Source: a bacterium
GTDB lineage: Bacteria; Patescibacteriota; Saccharimonadia; Saccharimonadales; Saccharimonadaceae
Reading direction: 5' to 3'
DNA: 64,000 bases
NCBI GenBank assembly: GCA_027451105.1
Contig: DAIDKB010000020.1
Coordinates: 61,395-125,394, forward strand
Shown: positions 34,980-44,494 of the stretch, one piece after another
Numbering within the stretch: position 1 is the first letter of the stretch
Layout of the letters: each line of letters opens with the position of its first letter
Notes under the pieces: model-generated
Told to the model about the DNA's origin: nothing
Seen by the model: the letters and a program-made list of their open reading frames with translations, nothing else
Databases searched by the model: none
Made by a program: the position numbers and the translations under genes

Positions 34980-36221
34980 TCAGACCAGTTTATCAAGCAG
35001 TGCGTCGCGTGTCAATATGCTTGTTTCACCACTACTTCGAACCGTTAGCTCAAAGTTATTCTCAGCTAGCAAGCGGTCACTTACTGTCACTCGATATGGT
35101 ATGCCCATTAGCTCGGCATCGGCGAATTTTTGACCAGGGCGTAAGTCACGATCATCATAAACCACCTCGACACCTCGATCAGACAAGTCCTTATAAAGTT
35201 CATCAGCTTTTTTGATAGACTCGTCCGAGCCGATACCGATTAGATAAACTTTGGCTGGCGCGATTGACTCTGGCCAGACAATCCCCTTTTCATCGGACAG
35301 CTTTTCAACTACCACACCCATAACACGCGTAATGCCAATACCATAGCTGCCTAAATAGATTGACGCCTGTTGACCACTAGCATCAGTAAACTTAAGGCCC
35401 ATATCGTCAGTTTTCTGTGAACCAAAGTTAAAAATATTACCAACTTCAGCTGTTTTTACCGCCTCTAACTCCTCGCGGCTAACACCTAATTCTTTGACGG
35501 CGTCATCAAGTACCTCTTCGTTGATAGCAATATTACGACCACGGTGAAGATAAATAACATCTTCGCCGGCATCACAAATCGTCTGAAATTCGTGGCTAAA
35601 TTTTGTAAAAGCACCACCGCTAGCAAACGTTACATAAGTATCGTCGCCAATACCCAAACGATCATAAACCCGCTTATAAGCATCGATTACCTGATTATAG
35701 TAATTATCAAGATCCTGAGCCGAGCTATGTAGCGAATACATATCTTTCATAACAAATTCGCGACCGCGCATAATGCCACTTTTGGCGCGTAGTTCGTTAC
35801 GCATTTTGGTTTGAAACTGATAAACGCTAATAGGAAGATCTTTGTAGCTTTTAACATATTGTTTAAGCATCTCAACAATCGGCTCTTCGTGGCTCCAGCC
35901 TAGGCCAACTTCGGTATCGTCTTTGAGCTTTGTCTTAAACCAAATATCAACAACGGCGTCATCCCAGCGTCCAGTTTGCTCCCAAATCTCTTTTCGTTGC
36001 AACCCAGTCATGATAATCTCTTGTGAGTTAACGGCGTTCATTTCTTCGCGTACAACCTGCTTAATTTTTTCAATAACCCTTAGGCCAAGTGGTAGATAAG
36101 CGTAAACACCGGCCATTTCTTTGTAAACGAAGCCAGCCTTAATCAATAATTGGGCGTTTTTTGAGACCTCATCGGCTGGTGAGTTTTTGCTTGTTTTCGT
36201 GAATAAATTAGTTAGTCGCAT
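34980..36221 (-). CDS. proS: Proline--tRNA ligase, bacterial-type N-terminus but short (no INS editing domain)
   Basis: 413 aa. The N-terminus RLTNLFTKTSKNSPADEVSKNAQLLIKAGF...YLPLGLRV aligns with bacterial ProRS. The length is about 150 aa less than INS-containing forms. Confidence 0.75.
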   Translation of the reverse strand: MRLTNLFTKTSKNSPADEVSKNAQLLIKAGFVYKEMAGVYAYLPLGLRVIEKIKQVVREEMNAVNSQEIIMTGLQRKEIWEQTGRWDDAVVDIWFKTKLKDDTEVGLGWSHEEPIVEMLKQYVKSYKDLPISVYQFQTKMRNELRAKSGIMRGREFVMKDMYSLHSSAQDLDNYYNQVIDAYKRVYDRLGIGDDTYVTFASGGAFTKFSHEFQTICDAGEDVIYLHRGRNIAINEEVLDDAVKELGVSREELEAVKTAEVGNIFNFGSQKTDDMGLKFTDASGQQASIYLGSYGIGITRVMGVVVEKLSDEKGIVWPESIAPAKVYLIGIGSDESIKKADELYKDLSDRGVEVVYDDRDLRPGQKFADAELMGIPYRVTVSDRLLAENNFELTVRSSGETSILTRDALLDKLV

Positions 36222-36224
36222 AGT

Positions 36225-37007
36225 TTATATCCCCAGTGTATGTAAAAATGTCGGATTAATAAAGAGAATATAAAAAGCCAGACCGTTTTTTGACATATGT
36301 AACAGTATCGAGGCCCACAGGCTGCCCGTGTTTTGGCGAAGCAGTGACATAACGACACTCAGCGCAAATGTATCAACTGCCAGGTTCCAGGCACCATGCA
36401 GGGCTCCAAAAACAACGCTGGTTACCACAATCGCTACCCAGACCGGGGCATACCTTTTAAGTCGGCCAAATAGATATCCCCTAAAAATTATCTCTTCGGC
36501 AACTGGTGCAATAACCACTAATGTCACGAATGCTAAGATTATTTCGTAGCCATAGCTGGTTTGTTGATAAAAACCGGTGTCTTGTGGCTGGTTAACGTTA
36601 AACCACGGAAATAAGCTAGTTGCTAACGTTACTAAAATCGATGATAAGGCCAGATAGACAATTAGCCCAGCTGGAGCCATCAGAATATCGGTCCAGTTCG
36701 GCAGTCGCTGAAGACCAACATCGCTTAGGGTCGTACGACGCTTCTTGACGAGCCAAGGCAAGCCAATTACTAGCCCAAGAGTCACCAAATATATTAGCGC
36801 TGCCAAAACCGTTTCAAGGATTGCGTTGTCCAAGCTGGCTATCGGCACGTTCAAAAGCTTTAAAAGCCAAACCAATCCCGCTACGACAATCTGGGCGCCA
36901 AAGAAGCCACCGAATACCCACAGGACAATACCTACTACCCAAAGACTCCGCTTCACGACCGATCTATTGATTGTCAGTTTTTTAGAATATTTTTGAAACA
37001 TCAGCAA
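36225..37007 (-). CDS. CPBP family intramembrane glutamic endopeptidase (CAAX protease-like)
   Basis: 260 aa with the motifs AEEIIFRGYLF, FGALH and LLHMSKN. Confidence 0.8.
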   Translation of the reverse strand: MLMFQKYSKKLTINRSVVKRSLWVVGIVLWVFGGFFGAQIVVAGLVWLLKLLNVPIASLDNAILETVLAALIYLVTLGLVIGLPWLVKKRRTTLSDVGLQRLPNWTDILMAPAGLIVYLALSSILVTLATSLFPWFNVNQPQDTGFYQQTSYGYEIILAFVTLVVIAPVAEEIIFRGYLFGRLKRYAPVWVAIVVTSVVFGALHGAWNLAVDTFALSVVMSLLRQNTGSLWASILLHMSKNGLAFYILFINPTFLHTLGI

Positions 37008-38121
37008 TTGTTACCAGGACAACTAGTCCCATTAATATTATAAAGCCGGTCGCCTGGATTCTCTCTTCAATAGTTTTTGTTAATGGCTTTTTAAATAGCT
37101 TAAATAGCGCCATCGTAAACCAGCGACCACCGTCCAATGCCGGAATCGGTAGTACGTTCATAACCGCCAAAGTTAACGATATAACCGCCGTCAAAAAGAC
37201 GAATTGGGTTGCCCCGGCCTTTTCAGCTTGCGGAAAAATCGTTCCCAAGATTCCGATTGGACCAGCCACGCCGTCGCTGACTGACTTTATATCACTGCTG
37301 GCGGTCGCCCTAGTCTGCGGGTTAGGACTAAGCTGCAGCACTAATCCATTCGCCAAATTGCCAACCATATTCCCCAATCCCTGAAGAGTTGCCCAAGTCA
37401 GCTGGCCAGTAGTTGCAACGCCAACAATTGGCGCCGACCAAGTCGCCTGAATTAGCTCGCGCTGGCCAAGACCCGCCCCAAAAATACTACCCGTCGCGTT
37501 ATTCAACAGCGTAACTTTAGTGCCCGACTCGACATTATTACGCGAGTAAATCACATCAACCGTCTGGCCTTTATATAATTTCGTAAGATTAATAAGTTGC
37601 GCAACCGTCGGCACCGGTTGACCGGCAAAACGGATAATTTTATCGCCCGATTGAAGGCCGGCTAGCTCGGCAGGGTATTTCTTGACTAAATCAACAATTT
37701 CAACCGGTTGCTTGACCTCAGTAGTATCACCTGCGATTGAAAATTGGTTATCTAAAATCTTTGGCAAGCCAGTAATTGCCAAAACCGACAAAAGTACCAC
37801 CGCCACTAACCAGTTGATTAAAACACCGGCCAGCAAGATGCGAGTTTTAGCCCAAAAACCAGCTGCACCATAATCACCTTTTTTGTCCGAAGCGTCGTAC
37901 TCGCCCTGCATCTTTACAAAGCCACCAAGTGGCAGCCAGTTAAGCGTAAATAGCACGCCGTTTTTAAGCTTGCGACTCCAGGCACGGGGCGGAAAACCAA
38001 TACCAAACTCCTCAACGACAACGCCATTACGACGCGCGACAATCGCGTGCCCCAACTCGTGCACAACAACTAAAAACACTAAAACGATTAGCCCTAAAAT
38101 TACACCAAAAACCAAATCCAT
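36982..38121 (-). CDS. rseP: RIP metalloprotease RseP (M50, site-2 protease) with a PDZ domain
   Basis: 379 aa with HELGHAIVAR and NVLPIPALDGG. Confidence 0.85.
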   Translation of the reverse strand: MDLVFGVILGLIVLVFLVVVHELGHAIVARRNGVVVEEFGIGFPPRAWSRKLKNGVLFTLNWLPLGGFVKMQGEYDASDKKGDYGAAGFWAKTRILLAGVLINWLVAVVLLSVLAITGLPKILDNQFSIAGDTTEVKQPVEIVDLVKKYPAELAGLQSGDKIIRFAGQPVPTVAQLINLTKLYKGQTVDVIYSRNNVESGTKVTLLNNATGSIFGAGLGQRELIQATWSAPIVGVATTGQLTWATLQGLGNMVGNLANGLVLQLSPNPQTRATASSDIKSVSDGVAGPIGILGTIFPQAEKAGATQFVFLTAVISLTLAVMNVLPIPALDGGRWFTMALFKLFKKPLTKTIEERIQATGFIILMGLVVLVTIADVSKIF

Positions 38122-38823
38122 CTATCCCCCAAATCGCCTATGACGCTTATTGTATTCATTTAGTATATCGGTCACATCGTCTTTTGTCATGTCTGGCCAT
38201 AATTTATCTAAAAATAAGAATTCGCTATAGGCTGAGCGCCACAGCATAAAATTACTGATGCGTTGATCTCCCCCCGTCCGAACGACCATATCAAGTGGTG
38301 GAACTACAGGTGCGTACAGGTTCTGGCCAATTAGTTCGGGCGTTATATCATCAGGCGCAATTTTAGCCTTAATAATTTTTTTTACAGCGTCAGCAATCTC
38401 AAGCTGCCCACCGTAGTTAAAGCATACCGCCAACGTGCCACTCGTATTATTTGCGGTCTGCGCCTCAGCATCAACAATGGCATCTAGAATTTTTTGATCG
38501 ACATGCTCAGTTGCGCCTAATACCAGCAGCTTAATGTTGTTTTCCTGAAAAATATGCAGATCAGACTTAAGCAGACGCAGCACTAGGCTCATTAGCTTTT
38601 TAACTTCATTCTCGCTGCGCTTCCAATTTTCTGTACTAAAAATATACACGGAGACAAAGTCAACGCCAGCATCAAAGGAGGTTTTAGCTATATCATAAAT
38701 GGCGTTATAGCCGGCCAGATGGCCCTCGTATGTCGGAATGCCGTGTTTTTTAGCCCATCGTCTATTACCATCGATAATATAGCCGATGTGCTTTGGTATC
38801 TCAGTCTCAGCTTTGGTGTTCAT
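38122..38823 (-). CDS. uppS: Isoprenyl transferase (undecaprenyl-diphosphate synthase)
   Basis: HIGYIIDGNRRWA and ERRFG-like RHRRFGG motifs are present. The start is set to MNTKAE at 38823; the track start at 38853 is also possible. Confidence 0.85.
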   Translation of the reverse strand: MNTKAETEIPKHIGYIIDGNRRWAKKHGIPTYEGHLAGYNAIYDIAKTSFDAGVDFVSVYIFSTENWKRSENEVKKLMSLVLRLLKSDLHIFQENNIKLLVLGATEHVDQKILDAIVDAEAQTANNTSGTLAVCFNYGGQLEIADAVKKIIKAKIAPDDITPELIGQNLYAPVVPPLDMVVRTGGDQRISNFMLWRSAYSEFLFLDKLWPDMTKDDVTDILNEYNKRHRRFGG

Positions 38824-39202
38824 CTTGGTATTGTTCCAATAATTTAATGTCAACCAGGTCTTTGTCGCGACCGATTGCGCGCTTTTTAGCGATCAATAAG
38901 TCTGGGTTAATAAAACTCACTCCATCAATCTCGATTGAGCTAGACTTTATCATCCGGTAATCATATTGCGGCCCCCACGTTTGCCAAATCTCTAACTTAT
39001 CGGCCGATAAATAGGCTTCGTCGTGCCTGACTGACTCCTGATAATTACCCATAGCCTGTAAGTCCGCATAAAGCGTCGGCGAAACGACCAAATCGATATC
39101 GTCAGCCGGTCGCAGTTCAAGGGCATCCAGCAGTCCGCTACCAATTACGACAAACTGATCAAGTGGAAGATTTAATTCCTTAACGCGCTGAATAAAGTTC
39201 AT
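38807..39202 (-). CDS. Small nucleotidyltransferase-fold (Pol-beta-like) protein
   Basis: 131 aa. IGSGLLDAL...ADDIDLVV matches the G-S-x(n)-D-x-D NTase signature. Confidence 0.45.
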   Translation of the reverse strand: MNFIQRVKELNLPLDQFVVIGSGLLDALELRPADDIDLVVSPTLYADLQAMGNYQESVRHDEAYLSADKLEIWQTWGPQYDYRMIKSSSIEIDGVSFINPDLLIAKKRAIGRDKDLVDIKLLEQYQDEHQS

Positions 39203-39756
39203 TAGATAGTCAGGATGTCTTTTTCTTTTAGTCTGAAGATCTCATCAAGCTTAGTGTTATAGCCGGCGATATCATCATCAATCCCCTTTTCGATGCGCTT
39301 GACGTCATCTTCGGAAAGTTCTTTGGCCTCTTTACGGCGCTTAGCCTCTTTTAGTGCATCCTGGCGCACATTGCGAATGGCAATGCGGGCTTCTTCAATT
39401 TTCTCACTAGCTTGTTTTACAAGCGCCTTGCGGCGGTCTTCGGTCAAAGCTGGCACTGGTACACGGATAACGCGACCATCGTCACTAGGATTAAAGCCCA
39501 GACTTTGATCAGCCCGAATAGCAGCGCTAATCTTTTGGATATTACCTGGATCAAATGGTGTCACCTGCAGCATCTGAGCCTCTGGTGCTGTAATATTAGC
39601 TGCTTGGTTAAGCGGCACCTGAGTACCATAAACTTCAACCCGAATCCCCTCCAGCTGGCCTGGATGTGCGCGGCCGGTACGAACTTTTTTTAGCTCTTCT
39701 TCAAAATGCGCAATGACCAGTTCAAGTTTTTCTTCATAGGGTTTAGTGTCAAACAT
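39202..39756 (-). CDS. frr: Ribosome recycling factor
   Basis: 184 aa with the typical sequence LKKVRTGRAHPGQLEGIRVEVYG. Confidence 0.9.
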   Translation of the reverse strand: MFDTKPYEEKLELVIAHFEEELKKVRTGRAHPGQLEGIRVEVYGTQVPLNQAANITAPEAQMLQVTPFDPGNIQKISAAIRADQSLGFNPSDDGRVIRVPVPALTEDRRKALVKQASEKIEEARIAIRNVRQDALKEAKRRKEAKELSEDDVKRIEKGIDDDIAGYNTKLDEIFRLKEKDILTI

Positions 39757-39797
39757 ATATCCTCTCTCTTAATCTGTCTTAATTATAGCAGACCGGT

Positions 39798-39835
39798 AAA
39801 ACTAAATGCCCGACAATTGCCGGGCATTTAGTTTT
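39798..39835 (-). terminator. Intrinsic terminator after tsf
   Basis: AAAACTAAATGCCCG/CGGGCATTTAGTTTT stem, followed on the minus strand by a T-run. Confidence 0.7.
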
Positions 39836-39849
39836 TGACAGCTTGTTAA

Positions 39850-40446
39850 CTATTCGCTAACGCCAAGTTCAATACGTTTAAACTGACGAATGATTAGGTT
39901 TTCACCCAAAATTGCGACGTTTTCCTTTAAGAAATCGCCAACAGTTTGCTTGTCGTTCTTGATGTATTGTTGAGTCAAAAGAACTTGCTCTTCAAAGTGC
40001 TTTTTAACCTGACCATCGACAATCTTGTCGGCTAGTTCGGCTGGTTTACCTTCGGCGATAACACGCTCTTTAGCCTCGGCACGAACTCGTTCGACTTCTT
40101 CGGCTGGAATGTCAGCTTCGGAAACGTAACGTGGTGCCATTGCAGCAATTTGCAAAGCAATTTCGTGCGCAAAAGTCTTGAAACCATCAAGTCGAGCCAC
40201 AAAGTCAGTCTCACAGTTAACTTCAACTAGTACGCCAATACGGCCACTGTGAACATAGCTGTCGATAATGCCTTCGCGTGCTTCGCGGTCGCCTTTTTTC
40301 TCAGCCTTGGTCATACCTTTTTTGCGCAAAGCTTCAAGCGCCTTGTCAAAATCACCGTCAGCCTCAACTAGGGCAGCCTTGGCGTCGGTCAAACCAATAC
40401 CAGATAACTCTTTCAGTTTTTTAATGTCATCAATTGATACACTCAT
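39850..40446 (-). CDS. tsf: Elongation factor Ts (short form)
   Basis: 198 aa with an N-terminal UBA-like IKKLKELSGIGLTDAKAAL. Confidence 0.9.
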   Translation of the reverse strand: MSVSIDDIKKLKELSGIGLTDAKAALVEADGDFDKALEALRKKGMTKAEKKGDREAREGIIDSYVHSGRIGVLVEVNCETDFVARLDGFKTFAHEIALQIAAMAPRYVSEADIPAEEVERVRAEAKERVIAEGKPAELADKIVDGQVKKHFEEQVLLTQQYIKNDKQTVGDFLKENVAILGENLIIRQFKRIELGVSE

Positions 40447-40450
40447 TTGA

Positions 40451-41167
40451 TTATTTCTCCTCTGTTACAACTGTCTTTTCAACGCCCTTGCCTTCGCGAA
40501 TAGCGGCAGCAGCATAGTCAAGCAACAGCTGAACACCCTTAATGGCATCGTCATTACCTGGAATAACATAGTCAACTAGGGTTGGGTCGGCGTTAGTATC
40601 AACTACAGCGACGACTGGAACACCAAGTGTACGAGCTTCTTTGATAGCGTTGGCGTCACCGATAACATCGATAACAAACAAAGCACCGGGCTTGCCGTTT
40701 AAATCCTTGATGCCACCATATTTAAGGTTCAAAGCATCAATTTCCTCCTGGAAGCGCTGAACTTCAAGCTTGTTGTAGCGCTTTTCAAGATCACCAGTTG
40801 CCATTCGCTTTTCAAGATCTTTAAGTTTCTTGATTTGCTGGCCGACAGTTGAAATGTTAGTCAAAATACCACCAAGCCAACGCTCGGTAACATAAGGCTG
40901 ACCAAGTGATTCAGCGGTTACCTTTACGATGTCTTTAGTATGTTTTTTAGTACCAACAAACAAAACTTGCTTGCCGCTAGCAACTACGCTGGTTAGAAAC
41001 GGCAAAGCCACGTCCAAACCTTCGACGGTCTTAGTCAAATCAATGATATGACTATCCTGACGCTTGCTGTGAATGTATGGCGCCATTTTAGGGTGCCAAC
41101 GACTGGTCTTGTGACCAAAGTGTACGCCTGCTTCAAACAGGGCTTTAATATCGACAGATACTGCCAT
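40451..41167 (-). CDS. rpsB: 30S ribosomal protein S2
   Basis: 238 aa with LFEAGVHFGHKTSRWHPKM. Confidence 0.95.
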   Translation of the reverse strand: MAVSVDIKALFEAGVHFGHKTSRWHPKMAPYIHSKRQDSHIIDLTKTVEGLDVALPFLTSVVASGKQVLFVGTKKHTKDIVKVTAESLGQPYVTERWLGGILTNISTVGQQIKKLKDLEKRMATGDLEKRYNKLEVQRFQEEIDALNLKYGGIKDLNGKPGALFVIDVIGDANAIKEARTLGVPVVAVVDTNADPTLVDYVIPGNDDAIKGVQLLLDYAAAAIREGKGVEKTVVTEEK

Positions 41168-41189
41168 TGTTTTTACTCCTTGTTCCTCA

Positions 41190-41225
41190 CCTTTCGCCCT
41201 GAATAATCAGGAGTTTCGCGAAAGG
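41190..41225 (-). promoter_or_regulatory. Structured 5' leader hairpin of rpsB-tsf
   Basis: CCTTTCGC/GCGAAAGG outer stem with inner CCTGA/TCAGG. It lies between a TGTGTATAAT -10 and the AAGGAG SD. Confidence 0.35.
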
Positions 41226-41281
41226 TTGTGTCATTAAAAAATTGTTACGTCGTTAATTATACACATGCGACCTCTGTTTGT

Positions 41282-42322
41282 CTAGAGCGCTGGTCCAGTT
41301 GAGGTCGAGGCGTTCGGAGTACCATTCCAAACCCACATGGAGCTGGTCGTAGGATCAGCATAATTATACATAGAGGAGCTTTGTGTAGCCATAAGTCCTG
41401 TACCGTCAAGCGTATCACCGACGGCGTCTGCACCTATAGTAACCATCGACGCCATTCGAGAGGCCCCAGCCGGTACGTTCACTATGAAATATACAGATAT
41501 CCACTGGCCGGCCACCGTGTTGACCGAAGAGCCGGCCGCAGTACTATTGGTCCACGTTGTTGAGTTAGTAGCAAACCTGGCTTTAATCGACGCAGTTGTC
41601 GCTATACCAGATTTACGAATATATGCAGAGATCGTAATGGTATCACCTGGCGTAACGCTTTGCATGCCACTCCAATCTGATGGCGTGCCCGTTTCAACAT
41701 TCCCCGACAAATGGAAGCCGTGGCCGCTACCGGCTGTCGTTGTCGTCCAGCGTACAGCTGTCGTAAGTCCTGCGACCGGCCCAGATTGATCGCTGAGCAG
41801 TGAGTAGGTTCCGTACGAGCCCCATCGATTATTCCACCAGCCCGGCCCCTGCTCGTTTGTGTGAAATTTAGTTGCGGCAGGATCAAGTGCTAGATTAGTC
41901 ACCGCTGCCACCCCTCCAATGCCATGACCAGGGCAGCCGCCAGCTTTTGGCATGTTGTTGTCACTTGAAAGAAAATAACTAGTCGTAACGTTTGTAGCAG
42001 TAAGGCAGTAAGTTTGTGGAGAGGCAGTGTTATTAACGGTGTATTGATAAGTAGTGCCACTACTAGCTTTTAAACCGGCGCCATTATTAGCCGCGCTGAC
42101 AGTAGCTGGATAAGCGCTTAGTGTTATTTGATCCATGGCGAGCTGCTTGGCAGCTCCTTCAAGATCGGACTGAACCGTAGCTATTTGAGCGCGCTGCTGA
42201 ATACCGTTGTAGGCTACGATTGTAATGGCAGCAAGGATACCGATAACTACGATAACAACTAGAAGCTCAACAATGGTAAAACCACCGGTATTTTTGCCCC
42301 GACTGATAAATAGCTTATGCAT
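41282..42322 (-). CDS. Type IV pilin-like protein with a large C-terminal beta-rich (CBM/lectin-like) domain
   Basis: 346 aa. The prepilin leader is MHKLFISRGKNTGG/FTIVELLVVIVVIGILAAI, with an N-methylation site and the conserved Glu5. The C-terminal part of about 190 aa is rich in W, G, T and S. Confidence 0.8.
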   Translation of the reverse strand: MHKLFISRGKNTGGFTIVELLVVIVVIGILAAITIVAYNGIQQRAQIATVQSDLEGAAKQLAMDQITLSAYPATVSAANNGAGLKASSGTTYQYTVNNTASPQTYCLTATNVTTSYFLSSDNNMPKAGGCPGHGIGGVAAVTNLALDPAATKFHTNEQGPGWWNNRWGSYGTYSLLSDQSGPVAGLTTAVRWTTTTAGSGHGFHLSGNVETGTPSDWSGMQSVTPGDTITISAYIRKSGIATTASIKARFATNSTTWTNSTAAGSSVNTVAGQWISVYFIVNVPAGASRMASMVTIGADAVGDTLDGTGLMATQSSSMYNYADPTTSSMWVWNGTPNASTSTGPAL

Positions 42323-42411
42323 TTAAGGTTATTATACGCGGCCCAGCACAAATTTGTAAATTGACTCTAGCTCTAGACAAAACTCTTTAAAACAGATACA
42401 ATAATCCAGAT

Positions 42412-42738
42412 ATGAAAACCAATTTACACCCAACCGATTATCGTCCCGTCGTATTTAGCGATGAGGTGGCTGGGTTTGCGTTTTTGACACAGTCTACTGC
42501 GCAGACCAACGAAACTGTTAAATGGGAAGATGGCAACGAGTATCCACTTGTTAAAGTCCACATTTCATCAGCATCTCACCCATTCTTCACGGGCGAAGAA
42601 AAGATTATCGACACCGAAGGTCGCGTCGATCGCTACAAGGCTAAGTTTGCTGCTGCTGAAGCTCGCAAAACCGCACTTGCCAGCAAAGCTAAAAAAGCTG
42701 CCGCTCAAAAAGCCAAAAAAGCTACCGACGAACAATAG
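42412..42738 (+). CDS. rpmE: 50S ribosomal protein L31 (type B, no CxxC) with an Ala/Lys-rich C-terminal tail
   Basis: 108 aa with [10 protein letters not shown]...[20 protein letters not shown], followed by [13 protein letters not shown]. Confidence 0.85.
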   Translation: MKTNLHPTDYRPVVFSDEVAGFAFLTQSTAQTNETVKWEDGNEYPLVKVHISSASHPFFTGEEKIIDTEGRVDRYKAKFAAAEARKTALASKAKKAAAQKAKKATDEQ

Positions 42739-42750
42739 CTTTAACCTTAA

Positions 42751-42782
42751 AAAGAGACTGCTAATGCGCAGTCTCTTTTTAT
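42751..42782 (+). terminator. Rho-independent terminator of rpmE
   Basis: AAAGAGACTGC/GCAGTCTCTTT stem followed by a T-run. Confidence 0.75.
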
Positions 42783-42801
42783 ATGCCATAATAGGAGCAA
42801 T

Positions 42802-43872
42802 ATGCCAAAGATAAATCTAAATATTGAAGAGTTGCAGGCCGAAAAACAAATTTTAGGCGATTTTTTGGCGCGCCCAGATGCCTATGCCGATATCGACTAC
42901 TCTAGCAAGAATAAACGATTAACCGAACTGGATTTAATTTTAGGTAAAGCCCTACTCCGCCAAACCTTAGAAGCACAGTTGATTGAAGCTAAGGAACTGT
43001 CTAATGGCGGCGACGAATTAGCCGAGATAGCCAAGGCCGAAGTCGCCGACATCGACGAGCGGCTGCAAAAAATCGATGATGAGTTATTTATTATGCTGGC
43101 ACCACGTGATCCGAATGACGAAAAGAACGTCATTATCGAAATTCGGGCTGGCGCGGGTGGTGATGAGGCTAGCTTATTTGCTGCCGAAATTTACCGCATG
43201 TACCTACGCTACTGCGAAGCACATAACCTACGCACCGAATTAATTAGCGAAAGCATGAATGACACCGGCGGCTACAAGGAAGTTATTTTTAGTGTTAAGG
43301 GCGACGCACCATACTCGAAACTGAAGTTTGAGTCTGGCGTTCACCGTGTTCAACGCGTGCCGGCAACTGAAAGCCAAGGTCGTATTCACACCTCGACGAT
43401 TACCGTCGCCGTTCTGCCCGAGGCGACCGAGACCGATATTGAAATTAATCCAAGTGACCTGCGTATCGATATTTATCGTGCGTCCGGACACGGTGGCCAA
43501 TCAGTTAATACTACCGATAGCGCCGTCCGCATTACCTACCTGCCAACCGGCATGGTGGTCACCAACCAAGACGAAAAATCTCAGATTAAGAACAAAGAAA
43601 AAGCCATGGGCGTTTTGCGCTCTCGTTTACTGCAAATTAAAATCGACGCCGAAAACGCCAAGCTTAGCGCCGAACGCCGCGGTTTAATCGGTTCGGGCGA
43701 CCGCAGCGAAAAGATTCGCACCTATAACTTCCCGCAAGACCGCATCACCGACCACCGCATTGGCTACAGTCGCAGCAACATTCCTGCCGCCATGAACGGT
43801 GACATCGACGATCTTATCGAACGCCTGCAATCATACGAACGCGAACTCGCTGCTCAAAACGCCTCTAACTAA
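42802..43872 (+). CDS. prfA: Peptide chain release factor 1
   Basis: 356 aa with the PxT tripeptide (RVPATES) and GGQ ([10 protein letters not shown]). Confidence 0.9.
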   Translation: MPKINLNIEELQAEKQILGDFLARPDAYADIDYSSKNKRLTELDLILGKALLRQTLEAQLIEAKELSNGGDELAEIAKAEVADIDERLQKIDDELFIMLAPRDPNDEKNVIIEIRAGAGGDEASLFAAEIYRMYLRYCEAHNLRTELISESMNDTGGYKEVIFSVKGDAPYSKLKFESGVHRVQRVPATESQGRIHTSTITVAVLPEATETDIEINPSDLRIDIYRASGHGGQSVNTTDSAVRITYLPTGMVVTNQDEKSQIKNKEKAMGVLRSRLLQIKIDAENAKLSAERRGLIGSGDRSEKIRTYNFPQDRITDHRIGYSRSNIPAAMNGDIDDLIERLQSYERELAAQNASN

Positions 43873-44494
43873 TGACTGCCTGTTCGTCGCGAACTAATCG
43901 TTCATAAAGTTTGTGGGTTTTTGGTGCAAATTCTTTTGCCGCCGCTTCAAGTGGTACAACATATTGCTCAATCTCGCTCTCATAGTAATCTGGTGACAAT
44001 ATGAATTGCACATAATAATCGTTCGGCACACCTGGGCCGACAGGAGTGTCTATAATCGGCAGGGCCTTATCGGTATGCATTGTCGGCAAACGGCGGATAT
44101 AATAATCGGTTGCGGTAGCCGGGTATCCCAGTAATGCTCCAATCTTTTTATTATCTTCGGTATTATCATCCTTTGCTTTCCACATAGACTGCATAGTAAC
44201 CGAAAGCTCTTCGGCAAGTTCTACTAGTCTTGAAGTTACGCCGACCTCATTATCAATGGGCACGTAAACTAATCCGAGTGCTTCGATAAGCGGCTGCAAC
44301 TTAGCTCCCAACTCTATAAATGCCGCCGGCTTTACGCCCGCAAATACACCAACAATATCCACTACACAGCCGCCATTAAACCCATTAGTAGAAGTTCTAT
44401 CAAGCGCTCGTAGCGCTGCCTTTTGCTTATCAGATAGATTAGCAGCCCGGTGTTTTGTAGCTATTATAAGCCGCTTTAACGTCTTGTTGTCCAT
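43865..44494 (-). CDS. Hypothetical protein (no recognisable family)
   Basis: 209 aa. It lies antisense between prfA and prmC and its 3' end overlaps the prfA stop region by 8 nt. Confidence 0.45.
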   Translation of the reverse strand: MDNKTLKRLIIATKHRAANLSDKQKAALRALDRTSTNGFNGGCVVDIVGVFAGVKPAAFIELGAKLQPLIEALGLVYVPIDNEVGVTSRLVELAEELSVTMQSMWKAKDDNTEDNKKIGALLGYPATATDYYIRRLPTMHTDKALPIIDTPVGPGVPNDYYVQFILSPDYYESEIEQYVVPLEAAAKEFAPKTHKLYERLVRDEQAVIS

